Positions 43,514-54,658 are shown, counted from the first letter of the stretch. The stretch is DNA of 64,000 nt from Candidatus Saccharimonadota bacterium (GCA_017511925.1 JAFWHS010000001.1:35-64034), one strand, 5' to 3'. Notes: generated from the letters alone by a model not told the origin. Translations and numbers: made by a program.

Positions 43514-44079
43514 TTTAATAATGGCACCAATCTCGCTCTCATAGTCTCTGTTAAATACAAAATATTTACTAATAATTTTTCCATTTCGTTATCCTGAAAC
43601 TCCCCCAAACCCCATTCCACCAGTAAAGTTACTACTTCACTAGTATATATCTTAAACACCCTTCCGGAATTCTTCGGTAATCCACTGGCACTCTCTATTT
43701 TCAACTTCAATAAAAATATCATTTTCTCAAATACATCTCTTCGCCCACTTTTTATAAAAACTTTAAAAATTTGTCTATTCTGCAATACGAAAACCAACGT
43801 TCCTCTATATAAATTTTTCAATTTTGCGTATTTCAACTTATTTGGTTGCCCAATTGCTGTTTTATATTTCGCTAATATATAATTTTCATAATCCAATGCG
43901 ATATTCCACACCGTCCTATGATGCTTATAAACCGTAGATCGCGCAACCCCCGCCCGCTCTGCCATTTTACCAATACTGATGTAGTCCTTCTCCTCAAAAA
44001 AGATCCGAAGAATTGCTTCTTCGGTCTTTTTAAATCTTTTGTTTGCTAATCTTTTTTCCGTGATCCCTGTTTTTGCCAT
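43510..44079 (-). CDS. TetR-family transcriptional regulator
   Basis: 189 aa; the HTH is ISIGKMAERAGVARSTVYKHH; the stop codon lies inside CIRCE. Confidence 0.6.
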   Translation of the reverse strand: MAKTGITEKRLANKRFKKTEEAILRIFFEEKDYISIGKMAERAGVARSTVYKHHRTVWNIALDYENYILAKYKTAIGQPNKLKYAKLKNLYRGTLVFVLQNRQIFKVFIKSGRRDVFEKMIFLLKLKIESASGLPKNSGRVFKIYTSEVVTLLVEWGLGEFQDNEMEKLLVNILYLTETMRARLVPLLN

Positions 44080-44086
44080 TTCCTAA

Positions 44087-45286
44087 TTATATCACGCCGT
44101 CTACCAGCTCCGCCGCCTTCTTAATCATATAGGCAGCTTCGTTAGTTGGGATGATATACACTGGCTTCGAACCTTCCTCTGCTACATTTGTATAACCCTT
44201 AGACTTATCCATCGCCGCATCATTTTTAAGTTTAAAGCCCATAAATTCCAACTTACCAATCACTGAGCTACGCACCGGAATAGACCTCTCACCAATCGTC
44301 GCAGTAAACACAATTGCATCAATTCCGCCCATCTTTGCAGCGAATTCACCAATCTTACCTGCCACTCCATCTACAAACATATTATATGCAGCCGCCGCAC
44401 CAGCTTCGCCTTCTTCTGCTCCAGCAATTACCTCGCGCATATCCGAAGATCCAGCCAAAGCCATCAAACCAGAGGTCTTGTTTAGTACCTTAATCGCCTC
44501 AGCTGCACCCAATTTGTCGCCAAGCAATGCACCAATCGTTGGATCAATCGAGCCAGTCCTAGTCGAAGACATCAACCCTTCAAGCGGCGTCTCGCCCATC
44601 GATGTGTAAGCGGGCTCACCGTCGATAAATGCTGTCACCGAACAGCCAGACCCCAAATGGCACACCACCATTTTCTTTTCCAAGATGCCAAGCTCTTTGA
44701 TCTTACCCATCACATAGCCATAGCTAGATCCATGCGCACCCCAGCGACCAAGATCAAATTCATCAATAATCTCACGCGGTAATGCATATTCCGCATCCTT
44801 TCGTGACTCACGCGTCAGCGCTTCAGAATCACTCATCGTCATTACTGGCACACCCGGAAAAGCCGCCATCGCATTTTTTACGCCTCTTATGGCACCAGGT
44901 ATATGTAGCGGATAAGTCAATTTTGCCTTCTCTAGTTCTTCAAAAGTCTCATCATCCACAATATGGTGCTTTGAGAAATATGTCCCCGCAGCTGGTGTAC
45001 GCACCAAAATACCGTCTAGCGGATGCGCATCATTAATAAAGCCTTCTTTTTCAAAAATCGCCTTAGCTTCTTTAAACGCCTCGTCGAGAGAATCCCATTT
45101 TTTACTGAGTAGCTCTTCGCTACCATCAGCTCTAGTTACAGTGCAAATAAATTTCTTTTTTCCGTCCTCTTCTATGCCCTCGAAGTAGAGTGAACACACC
45201 TCATCTTCACCTTCATATAGCGAAAACTTCTCACTACTTGATCCAGAATTTAAAACCAAGAAAATCTTAGTAATGTTTGTTGCCAT
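44087..45286 (-). CDS. ackA: acetate kinase
   Basis: VLNSGSSSEKFSLY, CHLGSGCSVTA and FTATIGERS motifs. Confidence 0.9.
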   Translation of the reverse strand: MATNITKIFLVLNSGSSSEKFSLYEGEDEVCSLYFEGIEEDGKKKFICTVTRADGSEELLSKKWDSLDEAFKEAKAIFEKEGFINDAHPLDGILVRTPAAGTYFSKHHIVDDETFEELEKAKLTYPLHIPGAIRGVKNAMAAFPGVPVMTMSDSEALTRESRKDAEYALPREIIDEFDLGRWGAHGSSYGYVMGKIKELGILEKKMVVCHLGSGCSVTAFIDGEPAYTSMGETPLEGLMSSTRTGSIDPTIGALLGDKLGAAEAIKVLNKTSGLMALAGSSDMREVIAGAEEGEAGAAAAYNMFVDGVAGKIGEFAAKMGGIDAIVFTATIGERSIPVRSSVIGKLEFMGFKLKNDAAMDKSKGYTNVAEEGSKPVYIIPTNEAAYMIKKAAELVDGVI

Positions 45287-45330
45287 AAAATAACTCCTTT
45301 TCTCTATTATACTACACTACAATCTCTATA

Positions 45331-48300
45331 TTAAAGTTTTCTTTTGTAAAATCTAATATCAGTTTCATTACCAGCATCATCTAAATATTTACCATTACTC
45401 AACTCTCTTAAATGAACCACTGTGCCATCATAAAACTCATAGGCACCATGGCTCAAAATCGTAGCCCTATCATTTGGCACAGCCTTAGGTACATAATTAC
45501 TGCCAACAATTTGCTCCAGCTTCTGCGAGACTTCTGGCTTAATATTCAATGTGCCATTCTTAGATTTCTGCAAAGCTTCGTACGCCGTAGCTTGAATATC
45601 AGCCAATTCATTACCAGTAAGTTTACCATTATTAACGCCATCAACAAATCTATCCAGAGCGGCATCGTCTGCACCGGCAAGAGACTCTGCAGTATATTTG
45701 CCAGTACCAGCAAATGCATAATCACCATTCGTAAGTTTACTTTGCAAGCCAGTTAATGCCGCACTCTTACTTAAATCTGTAGTGGCCAAATCTCTTATCA
45801 TCTCATGTGCACCACGGTTCTTGTTCTTATAAGCATCACCAAAGTTACTCATAAGATGTGCAGACGCTCCAGACAATCCCGCCACTCGGCCACCCGCCAG
45901 AGCAGCTTCAAGATTATTCTGTACTTGCGCACGACCTTTATCCGTCTTAGATAATATATTTTGAGCTGCCTTAATCTGGGACATTGCCTCACCACGTTCA
46001 GCATCACTCGTAGCTGCTTCATATCTCGCCAATGCTTCAGCATGATACCGCCCTACCGAGTTTGGATCATTAATATTCACAGCAGTCACGCCATCGGCTT
46101 CGAATGCGCGCCCGTTTTCCAATAGGGATTCGTAATCCGCCACTTTAGCCTTTTCATTCTCCGTCTCAATAGCAGCTTCTCTTGCAGCATAGCTCTGTTC
46201 GCTAGTCCTTCTAGCATTAACTTCTTCTCTACTCTGCCATGCCAATACCGTATCGTCAGCCCTCCTCAGCTTATCTTGCTCTCTAGTGCTCAAAGTCTTA
46301 CCACTAGCCATCCTATTTCGTAGCCTCGCCTGCACTCTACCAGCTCTATTAGCCGCAGTCTTTTCTTGCTGGTACTGCGACCAATTCTTAAACTGCTCTG
46401 TCCCCTTAACGGCACCCTGTGCCTTAGCAAAACCTTTGGCCCCAAGCTGCTTACCCTGTCTGCCCAGATTACTAATCTTTGCACCAAGATTTCCCATCAA
46501 AGCCAGCGAACTCTTAAGTAAAGTCGGGATCAGGAAGAACGGCAACACTTGTACTACCATCGCCGCAACCTTCATGCTACCGTTATTTATCCCCGACAGT
46601 ACAGCCCCTGCCATCCGGCCAGCGCCCACCATCGCCCCACAGATAGGATATACCACTAACAAAGCTTTAAATATATCAAACCATTTTTTCGCAAGCTTCT
46701 CTGTATTCGGCAAAGCATAACATACTATAGCCGCAGGAGCAAGTACCGTAAGCAATATTATTCCAGCACTTCTCGCAACCACAATGGCATAAAGAATTAA
46801 AAGCGCCACAACTATTGATATCACAACACCCAACACAGCCAAACCTAAGGCTGCAGCTCCAGCCAAAGCTCCAGCCGGGTTCAAAAAAACAAATAATGCC
46901 GCTCCGCCGCCACCAAGTGCCGCAGTAAAAATCCACTCGGTAATACCAGAGCCTAAAGAAGCTCCATTACCACTAGCCACATTGTTTGCAGCGTCAGACA
47001 GTATCGAATTTAACCCATTCCCTAAAATATTACTCAAATCTATCGCCAGTTCACAAATAATATAACTCAAATTTATCAATACGGCCACCACTATTAGCCT
47101 AGGTAAGATCTTTTTTATACCATAATTATCAATCCCTACACCAGTGAGCTGCGAGAATATCACTGCGAGGAAAAGCACTATAAAAAGTATGTTAGCAATA
47201 TCCCTTATTATACCCCAGGCATCCCTTACGCCACTATTATTTCCAAATATTTCTCCCGCCGGAACCTGCAAATGATTTTTTTCAATACTTTTCCACATTG
47301 TCGTGCCTATAGTGGAAACCGACTGAATTACCGGACAAAGTATCCATCCTAACGGCCCAGATCCATCATAACAAGATGGCTGAGAGCTAGTGCTAGGTGG
47401 TGTGGTAAACTCACTTCCAGGATCATCAGACAATAAATAAAGCGAATTAAGCTTATCTATTATGCCGTTTAGATCAACCTCAGCGCCAAACATATCGTTG
47501 TCATATATACCATAAACCTTTATGTCTTTTTTATCTTCCGCTACATTAAAATAACAATACTCGCTATACTTAGACTGTTCATTCCACCACAAACGCGCCC
47601 GATATTCACCTTGACCATGAAGCTCAACATCGCCACAATTAATATCAACAACACCAAACATATCGTTTAAATAAAACTGATATAATTTATAAATCTCAGC
47701 GTCATTAAATCTGAGGCCATCATAAGAATATGCCCCATTGGAGAAGTTAAATACTATTTCATCACTATTTTGTTCTGCTTCTTCTAAATAAACAGGAGGA
47801 AACTCATATTCGCTAACGATCTCCACATCTGGTTTCTTAAAAATCTCTTCCCTCGAACCGCCAAAAGAACGAGTATACTTTGAATTAGCCTGACATTCCA
47901 CTCCAGAATTATCACCCATTGCCTTAAAAGAAGGACAAGCCATATATAACCACGCTCTATCCCCCGATATATTTTTTGTATATGCGTTTCTGTTTTCCTT
48001 ACTCTTATCTTTCGCCTCCGCCACTTCTTTTGTTGTCCCTTGCTCATCAGCAAGATAATTGCCAATTGCGGCAAAAAAGTGCGATTCATCGGGATAATCA
48101 GATAAAACAAATTCTTTCTCACCAAACGGATCGAAACTTTTACCGTCATCTGAAACATCATATCCACTAAAACTAATCGGCGCTAAGCCCAAAAAGGCAT
48201 TAAACTCAAACAAGCCGCTACGATCTTCCTCTACAACCCGAATTTTATTATTTTTCTTAGAAGCACAAACTGGAGTGCTATATCCTTCAAATTTTTTTCC

Positions 48301-48807
48301 TTCTCCTTTCTTAGGCGAATACTCAGCTATAAAATCGAAAGTATAACAAATTTCATCACTAGAGTTTGTTGTCTTTATTTCTTTTCTATAGTTTGCATCA
48401 ATCAATATTTGTTCTTTTTTCACAGTATCAGGCGTCGGACTCGTCGGTATCTTCTTCTCAACTCTATTAGCTAACAAATCTTCACACGATATCTTAGCCA
48501 AATTTGCCATACCAATAACCTTAACAGGATTTTCAGCATATACCGAAGCACCAAAACCATAATTATTGGTTAAACTAGTTACTGAACCATCAAATTCACC
48601 CAGAGTAATTTCCGATTTTAAACCACCATTATCTGCATTTTGAGCAAAACAAGTCAAAACACCAGAATAAAAAACTTTCTGATAAACTGGGTCAGTCTCC
48701 GCAATCGCAGCCGATGCTACCTTTGTATCAAAAAATGCTAACCCTAAAACACTTAATATCCAACACCCAAACAATATGACAATCTTATGTTTATCGAATC
48801 TCATCAT
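45331..48807 (-). CDS. giant VirB6/TrbL-like polytopic membrane protein (paralog 2) with a ~480-aa extracytoplasmic N-terminal region
   Basis: 1158 aa; signal peptide; the Cys motif SCYDGSGPLGWILCP; TM core with IANILFIVLFLAVIFSQLTGVGIDNYGIKKILPRLIVVAVLINLSYIICELAIDLSNILGNGL. Confidence 0.65.
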   Translation of the reverse strand: MMRFDKHKIVILFGCWILSVLGLAFFDTKVASAAIAETDPVYQKVFYSGVLTCFAQNADNGGLKSEITLGEFDGSVTSLTNNYGFGASVYAENPVKVIGMANLAKISCEDLLANRVEKKIPTSPTPDTVKKEQILIDANYRKEIKTTNSSDEICYTFDFIAEYSPKKGEGKKFEGYSTPVCASKKNNKIRVVEEDRSGLFEFNAFLGLAPISFSGYDVSDDGKSFDPFGEKEFVLSDYPDESHFFAAIGNYLADEQGTTKEVAEAKDKSKENRNAYTKNISGDRAWLYMACPSFKAMGDNSGVECQANSKYTRSFGGSREEIFKKPDVEIVSEYEFPPVYLEEAEQNSDEIVFNFSNGAYSYDGLRFNDAEIYKLYQFYLNDMFGVVDINCGDVELHGQGEYRARLWWNEQSKYSEYCYFNVAEDKKDIKVYGIYDNDMFGAEVDLNGIIDKLNSLYLLSDDPGSEFTTPPSTSSQPSCYDGSGPLGWILCPVIQSVSTIGTTMWKSIEKNHLQVPAGEIFGNNSGVRDAWGIIRDIANILFIVLFLAVIFSQLTGVGIDNYGIKKILPRLIVVAVLINLSYIICELAIDLSNILGNGLNSILSDAANNVASGNGASLGSGITEWIFTAALGGGGAALFVFLNPAGALAGAAALGLAVLGVVISIVVALLILYAIVVARSAGIILLTVLAPAAIVCYALPNTEKLAKKWFDIFKALLVVYPICGAMVGAGRMAGAVLSGINNGSMKVAAMVVQVLPFFLIPTLLKSSLALMGNLGAKISNLGRQGKQLGAKGFAKAQGAVKGTEQFKNWSQYQQEKTAANRAGRVQARLRNRMASGKTLSTREQDKLRRADDTVLAWQSREEVNARRTSEQSYAAREAAIETENEKAKVADYESLLENGRAFEADGVTAVNINDPNSVGRYHAEALARYEAATSDAERGEAMSQIKAAQNILSKTDKGRAQVQNNLEAALAGGRVAGLSGASAHLMSNFGDAYKNKNRGAHEMIRDLATTDLSKSAALTGLQSKLTNGDYAFAGTGKYTAESLAGADDAALDRFVDGVNNGKLTGNELADIQATAYEALQKSKNGTLNIKPEVSQKLEQIVGSNYVPKAVPNDRATILSHGAYEFYDGTVVHLRELSNGKYLDDAGNETDIRFYKRKL

Positions 48808-49484
48808 TTGCCTCCGTTATTATAAAATCTCTTAGCTGCCTTAACAATGTACTCAATATCTCTCTGCGTTATTTTCATTTCCATATTCTTCTCATCAATA
48901 GCCCTCCCGACATCTTCGGTGAAAGTACAATCGTCTAATTCTTCTATAGTCTTCGCAACACACCCGTTTTCATAAAAAAGACCAGCAGCTTCATCGACTA
49001 TGTTGGAAAAATTATTCATCTTTTCAACATAGCTATCTACATATCCAATTACTCCTAAATTCAGTTCAGCCAATTTCGAAGCTATTTCCTTCTTCATTCC
49101 TTTAAAATCGCCCTCGGTATAGATTTGCATCAACGACTCGTCATTATATTTCGACAACCCCTCACTCACCTCAAAAAGCTTCAATAATTCCTGCTGCCTA
49201 TCAGTAAGCCCAACCTCTTCAGTCCGTTGTCCAGAATCTTTCATCCCCCACCACACCCCCACGCCAACTCCGATCAAAATCAACACCCCCACAATAATAC
49301 CAATCGCCCACTTCAAGCCTTTTTTACTTTTTTGATCACCAGAATTATTCAGCACAATATCGCCGCCACCAGACGCTATCGGCCAATTCGGCATCATCCC
49401 CTGCCCACTAGAAATAGGGGCACCAGATCCAGCACCAACCCCACCAGGGCCCACAACATTATTCCCATCCTGACCTGAATACAT
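48804..49484 (-). CDS. single-pass membrane protein co-transcribed with VirB6-like paralog 2
   Basis: 226 aa; Gly-rich N-terminus and one TM; ATGA overlap with the downstream gene; TGCTAAAAT ends 6 nt before the ATG. Confidence 0.5.
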   Translation of the reverse strand: MYSGQDGNNVVGPGGVGAGSGAPISSGQGMMPNWPIASGGGDIVLNNSGDQKSKKGLKWAIGIIVGVLILIGVGVGVWWGMKDSGQRTEEVGLTDRQQELLKLFEVSEGLSKYNDESLMQIYTEGDFKGMKKEIASKLAELNLGVIGYVDSYVEKMNNFSNIVDEAAGLFYENGCVAKTIEELDDCTFTEDVGRAIDEKNMEMKITQRDIEYIVKAAKRFYNNGGK

Positions 49485-49539
49485 ACCTCAATTTTAGCAT
49501 AAAGATTTTAAAACACCAAATATTTTTTCGCAAAAATTA

Positions 49540-50112
49540 CTACATCAACACCACTCTAAACCCACTCCCGCTAGCGCCACCCCACTCATCCACAGCTTTT
49601 TTCACTCCCGGCAGAGCCGGATTTGAATAATCATGCACCACAACCACTCCGCCTTCCATCATCCGCCCCTCCACCAGACTCAAAGAGTCCTTGATCGATT
49701 CATAAAAATCCCCATCCAAAAATGCAAAAGCTATCCGATCCGGCAAATCATCACCCTTAAGCTCACTAAACCACCCTTTTACAATCCTAGGCACCGGCAA
49801 ACCAGCCCGCAAAAATCGCTCTTTCACCTCTCTCTTCGTTACAAATAGCTCCCCCGCCTTAAAATCTTCTCCCAACACCGACACATCTAGAACATTTTTC
49901 TCCGGCAACCCTTCAAAAGAATCATATATCCACAATTTTTTCACAGGTTTTTCCACAGAGTTTTCCACAAGCACATCAGCCAATAATAGCGATGTGTCTC
50001 CCTTATAGCACCCAAATTCCACAAAATCCCCCTCTACCGCCAAGCAATCCTTAGCTAGCTCCAATATCTTTTCGGTTTCCCCCTCACTCACCTGATCATT
50101 TTTCCAACCCAT
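49540..50112 (-). CDS. TylF/MycF-like class I SAM-dependent methyltransferase
   Basis: GDFVEFGCYKGDTS, IYDSFEGLPE and FAFLDGDFYES blocks; the start is moved to the ATG at 50112 so that it does not overlap uvrA. Confidence 0.6.
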   Translation of the reverse strand: MGWKNDQVSEGETEKILELAKDCLAVEGDFVEFGCYKGDTSLLLADVLVENSVEKPVKKLWIYDSFEGLPEKNVLDVSVLGEDFKAGELFVTKREVKERFLRAGLPVPRIVKGWFSELKGDDLPDRIAFAFLDGDFYESIKDSLSLVEGRMMEGGVVVVHDYSNPALPGVKKAVDEWGGASGSGFRVVLM

Positions 50113-50128
50113 CACGAACCCTAAACCA

Positions 50129-53056
50129 TTACAAATATTTCCTAAGATATTCCCCGGTCGGGGTATCACCACGACGCGCCAATTCTTCCGGCGTACCGCA
50201 AGCACATACCTTGCCACCTTTAAGTCCCCCTTCTGGCCCCATATCTATCACCCAGTCCGCACTCTTTATCACATGCAAATTATGTTCAATAATCACCACC
50301 GAATTCCCACCTTCCACCAACTTGTTCAAAATCCCAAGCAGCCTCTTCACATCATCCGTATGTAGTCCAGTAGTCGGTTCATCCAAAATATACAAAGTTT
50401 TCCCCGTAGACCTTCGCGCGAGTTCTGTCGCTAATTTAATTCGCTGCGCTTCACCGCCAGAAAAAGTCGTCGCCGGCTGCCCCAACCGAATATATCCCAA
50501 ACCAACCTCTTGAAGAGTCCTAAGCTTTGGCGCAATCGAAGGAATATTTCCAAAGAACTCCACCGCCTCATCTATTGTCATGTCAAGCACCTGGGAGATA
50601 TCTTTACCCTTATATTTAATTTCCAAAGCCTCTCTATTATACCTTCGCCCATGACACTTCGGACAAGTTACATATACATCTGGCAAAAAATGCATTTCTA
50701 TTTTATTTACACCATCCCCCTGACAATTTTCGCACCTACCACCTTTTACGTTAAACGAAAATCTTCCAGCCTTATACCCTCGCACCTCTGCCTCTGGTTG
50801 CGCTGCAAACAACTCTCTAATCGCCGTAAATACTCCAGTATAAGTCGCCGGATTAGAGCGCGGCGTCCTACCAATCGGCGACTGGTCTATCACAATTGCC
50901 TTATTAATTTTGTCAATTCCATCTATTCTCTCATGTGTGCCAGATACCGTCTGCGCTCTGTGCAATCGCGCTAATAATTCATTCGCAAGGATCGAATTTA
51001 CCAAAGTAGATTTACCCGACCCAGACACTCCAGAAACTACCGTCATTACGCCAAGCGGAAAATGTACATCTATATTTTTCAAATTATTTTCCCTTGCGCC
51101 CACTACCACCAGTTCATGTCCAGGCCTCACTTTGCGCCGCTTTTTCGGCACCGGTATTGTCAAAGCTCCAGATAAATATTTACCAGTAATCGAATTCGGA
51201 TCTGCCGCCACCTCTTCGGGTGTACCAGCCGCCACTAGCCGCCCGCCTTTCGCACCAGCCCCTGGTCCAATGTCTATAATATAATCACTTGCCAACATTG
51301 TGTCTTCGTCATGCTCCACTACAAGCACCGTATTTTTAAGATCACGCAAATGTTTCAAAGTAGCAATCAACTTATCATTATCCCTCTGATGCAAACCAAT
51401 TGATGGCTCATCAAGCACATAAAGCACTCCCTGAAGACCAGAGCCAATCTGAGTGGCCAACCTAATCCTCTGTGCCTCACCACCAGAAAGTGTGTTTGCC
51501 GCCCGACCAAGCTCCAAATATCCCAGCCCTACATCTTGCATAAATTTCACCCGCTCACGAATTTCTTTCAAAATCGGCTTCGCAATCAACTCTTCTGCCT
51601 CTGTAAAACCAAGGTCTTGCCCTAGCACCTCAAGCGTAGCATCTACATCCAAATTACACACATCCACGATATTGAGATCATGCACCGTTACCGCCAACAC
51701 TGCCGGTTTTAGCCTCGCCCCATGGCAAGTTTGGCACTCTCTCACCCGCATAAACCTCTCAATATCATGTTTCATAAATTCCGAAATTTTCGGATCATTA
51801 TAACGCCTCTCAAGCATCGGGATTACACCTTCATAAGTCGTCTCATATACCGTACCATCCGCAAATCTGCCACTTCCGGTAATTTTCATCTCGTATTTCT
51901 CATCCCCCGTCCCATACAAAATCAAATGTTGCACTTCTTCAGACAACTCACCAATCGGTGTGTATATATTAAATCCATGTTTCACGCCCACCTGCATTAG
52001 CCTCTTAAGCCACCATGAATCCTGTTGCACTCTGTTAAAAGGCCTAATCCCCCCCTCAGAAATCGTCAAATTTTTATTAAATACTAATTCTGGGTCCACC
52101 TCCATTCGTGACCCGAGTCCTGTACAGGTCGGACAAGCCCCCTCTGGCGCATTAAAGCTAAACAATCTTGGGCTAAGTTCTGGTATTAATTCTTCCGGAT
52201 GATCCGGGCAAGCATATCTTTGCGAATAAGTCAGCACCTCTATATTATCAGACGAAATCCGATTTTCCCCCACCGCCACCGAATTATCATTAATCTTAAG
52301 AAGCTGGATAATCCCCTGTCCCATCTCTAGTGCCTGCTCAATCGAACCCGCTATCCGTGTTCTGAGCTCCGGATTCAAAACAAACCTATCTACCACTATT
52401 TCTATGTCGTGACGTTCATTCTTGTTTAATTCCGGAAATTCATCTAACGCATAGATAATCCCATCCACCCTTACACGCGAAAAACCTTTCGCCGAATACT
52501 GCTCCGGTATGTGCAAAAATTCACCTTTTTTCGATGATACTATCGGTGCTAAAAGCATCAATTTCGATCCCAAAGGCAACTTCATCACCTCATTTACAAT
52601 ATCCTCTACTGTCCTTTTACTCACCTCTTTATGACAAATCGGACAATGTGGCACCCCCACTCTCGCAAACAAAAGCCTCAGATAGTCATACACTTCCGTC
52701 ACTGTCGCCACTGTAGATCGCGGATTCCTCGAGGTAGATTTCTGGTCTATCGAAATCGCTGGCGAAAGCCCAGTAATAGAATCTACGTCTGGCTTGTCCA
52801 TCACACCAAGAAACATTCTCGCATATGAACTCAAAGATTCTACATACCTTCTCTGCCCCTCTGCATAAATCGTATCAAATGCCAAACTTGATTTACCACT
52901 ACCAGAAAGCCCTGTTATTATTACTAATTTATCCCTTGGGATATCCACATTCAAATCTTTTAAATTATTCTGCCTCGCACCTCTTACTCTTATCACGTTC
53001 TCCCCACCAAAAATCTCGCCCTCTATCCGTTGAATTTTCTTATCCTCATCATCCAT
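50129..53056 (-). CDS. uvrA: excinuclease ABC subunit A
   Basis: 975 aa; two ABC modules (GLSGSGKSS, GVSGSGKST), zinc-finger Cys clusters and LSGGEAQR signatures. Confidence 0.95.
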   Translation of the reverse strand: MDDEDKKIQRIEGEIFGGENVIRVRGARQNNLKDLNVDIPRDKLVIITGLSGSGKSSLAFDTIYAEGQRRYVESLSSYARMFLGVMDKPDVDSITGLSPAISIDQKSTSRNPRSTVATVTEVYDYLRLLFARVGVPHCPICHKEVSKRTVEDIVNEVMKLPLGSKLMLLAPIVSSKKGEFLHIPEQYSAKGFSRVRVDGIIYALDEFPELNKNERHDIEIVVDRFVLNPELRTRIAGSIEQALEMGQGIIQLLKINDNSVAVGENRISSDNIEVLTYSQRYACPDHPEELIPELSPRLFSFNAPEGACPTCTGLGSRMEVDPELVFNKNLTISEGGIRPFNRVQQDSWWLKRLMQVGVKHGFNIYTPIGELSEEVQHLILYGTGDEKYEMKITGSGRFADGTVYETTYEGVIPMLERRYNDPKISEFMKHDIERFMRVRECQTCHGARLKPAVLAVTVHDLNIVDVCNLDVDATLEVLGQDLGFTEAEELIAKPILKEIRERVKFMQDVGLGYLELGRAANTLSGGEAQRIRLATQIGSGLQGVLYVLDEPSIGLHQRDNDKLIATLKHLRDLKNTVLVVEHDEDTMLASDYIIDIGPGAGAKGGRLVAAGTPEEVAADPNSITGKYLSGALTIPVPKKRRKVRPGHELVVVGARENNLKNIDVHFPLGVMTVVSGVSGSGKSTLVNSILANELLARLHRAQTVSGTHERIDGIDKINKAIVIDQSPIGRTPRSNPATYTGVFTAIRELFAAQPEAEVRGYKAGRFSFNVKGGRCENCQGDGVNKIEMHFLPDVYVTCPKCHGRRYNREALEIKYKGKDISQVLDMTIDEAVEFFGNIPSIAPKLRTLQEVGLGYIRLGQPATTFSGGEAQRIKLATELARRSTGKTLYILDEPTTGLHTDDVKRLLGILNKLVEGGNSVVIIEHNLHVIKSADWVIDMGPEGGLKGGKVCACGTPEELARRGDTPTGEYLRKYL

Positions 53057-53141
53057 AAATCCTTACCTTCTCTTAATAAACGCATATATTATACCGCAAA
53101 AGTCAACTTTTGTCCATATCTACGTATGGTATAATAATTCT

Positions 53142-53666
53142 ATGGAAATAGAATCTCACAAAAAATCTGCCCCAATAAAAGATGTTAAAACCTCGAAACA
53201 TGCTAGCCGATATCTTATAGTAGGGATTTTGGTCACCGTATTTAACTATGCCCTTTTTGCTATTCTTTCCAACCTTATAATTAAAAACAATGATCTTATC
53301 TGGCTTTCCAACTTTATTGCCACCGCTATTACTACTATTGTCGCCTATTTTGCACACTCCAGAATCACCTGGAAAGAGCGTGAAGTTACAAAACACTCCA
53401 TCATTAGATTTTTTATATGGAACATCATACTTACCGTTGCTATAGCCCCTGGCTTTACACAACTCTTCAGCCTTTTTACTCCCCTCTATAAACTCGCTTA
53501 TGATATTACTAGTGCTATTCATCTACCTTTTTCTTACGAATTCGTTCTCACCACCGGAGCTTTTGCTCTTAATTCTATCGTTATTATGATTCTTAATTTC
53601 CTTTTTTATAACAAATTCGTCTTCGGTAAAGCTAAAGAATCTAAAAAACAGGAGGAATCAAAATGA
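53142..53666 (+). CDS. GtrA-family membrane protein
   Basis: 174 aa, 4 TM; RYLIVGILVTVFNYALFAIL; TGGTATAAT ends 6 nt before the ATG. Confidence 0.7.
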   Translation: MEIESHKKSAPIKDVKTSKHASRYLIVGILVTVFNYALFAILSNLIIKNNDLIWLSNFIATAITTIVAYFAHSRITWKEREVTKHSIIRFFIWNIILTVAIAPGFTQLFSLFTPLYKLAYDITSAIHLPFSYEFVLTTGAFALNSIVIMILNFLFYNKFVFGKAKESKKQEESK

Positions 53667-54658
53667 AAGTTTTAGTCACCGGCGGCACTGGATATATCGG
53701 CTCGCATGTAGTTGTTGAGTTATTAAACCAAGGCTACGAAGTTGAAATTATAGATAATCTCGTCAATAGCAAAATTACCGTCTTAGATCAAATCGAAAAA
53801 ATCACCAACAAAAAACCTATATTTCATCAAATAGACCTCTTGGACAAACCCGTTCTCGAACAAATTTTCACGAACAGCCATTTTGATCTTGTTATGCATT
53901 TTGCTGGCCTCAAAGCTGTTGCCGAATCAGTTGAACAACCACTAAGATATTATAATAATAACCTCACTGGCACTATCAACCTCCTCGAATGTATGGAAAA
54001 TCATCACGTCTACAACCTTATTTTTTCTTCTTCAGCCACCGTTTATGGCAATCCAGGCATTCCGGAATACACAGAAAATTTAGAAACTGGCCACAACATA
54101 TCTAGCTCTTACGGCAAAACCAAATATATGATCGAAGAAATCCTGAAAGACCTAGCCATCGCCAATCCAAACTTCAATATCATCGCTCTCAGATATTTCA
54201 ATCCCATCGGCAATCATCCGTCCGGCCTTATTGGCGAAGACCCCAATGGTATTCCGAATAATCTAATGCCCTACATCATGAAAGTAGCCAAAGGCGAATT
54301 GCCAGAACTTTCGATTTACGGCAATGACTATTCTACACCCGATGGCACTTGTCGCCGTGATTATATTCATGTAGTAGATTTAGCCAAAGGCCACCTTTCG
54401 GCTATTGACGCCCTCGAATCCGGTTTCAAAGCTTATAACCTTGGCACTGGAAGCCCAGTTTCAGTTTTAGAAATGGTCCAAACTTTCGAAAAAATCAACG
54501 GCAAACCACTTCCTCATAAATTTAGCCCTCGCCGTGCTGGAGACCTCCCGGAGTTCTGGGCCAACCCATCTCTTGCTAATCGAGAACTCAATTGGCAAAC
54601 CACCCTCACTACCGAAGACGCATTTCGCGACACCATATCTTTTATCGAACATCAGTAA
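53663..54658 (+). CDS. galE: UDP-glucose 4-epimerase
   Basis: MKVLVTGGTGYIGSH, the SSSATVYG...YGKTK catalytic motif, and 331 aa. Confidence 0.9.
   Translation: MKVLVTGGTGYIGSHVVVELLNQGYEVEIIDNLVNSKITVLDQIEKITNKKPIFHQIDLLDKPVLEQIFTNSHFDLVMHFAGLKAVAESVEQPLRYYNNNLTGTINLLECMENHHVYNLIFSSSATVYGNPGIPEYTENLETGHNISSSYGKTKYMIEEILKDLAIANPNFNIIALRYFNPIGNHPSGLIGEDPNGIPNNLMPYIMKVAKGELPELSIYGNDYSTPDGTCRRDYIHVVDLAKGHLSAIDALESGFKAYNLGTGSPVSVLEMVQTFEKINGKPLPHKFSPRRAGDLPEFWANPSLANRELNWQTTLTTEDAFRDTISFIEHQ

Noticed and set aside
53103-53522. 139-aa minus-strand ORF
   Set aside because: It is antisense to the GtrA-family gene, which has the family-typical TM pattern and a promoter.
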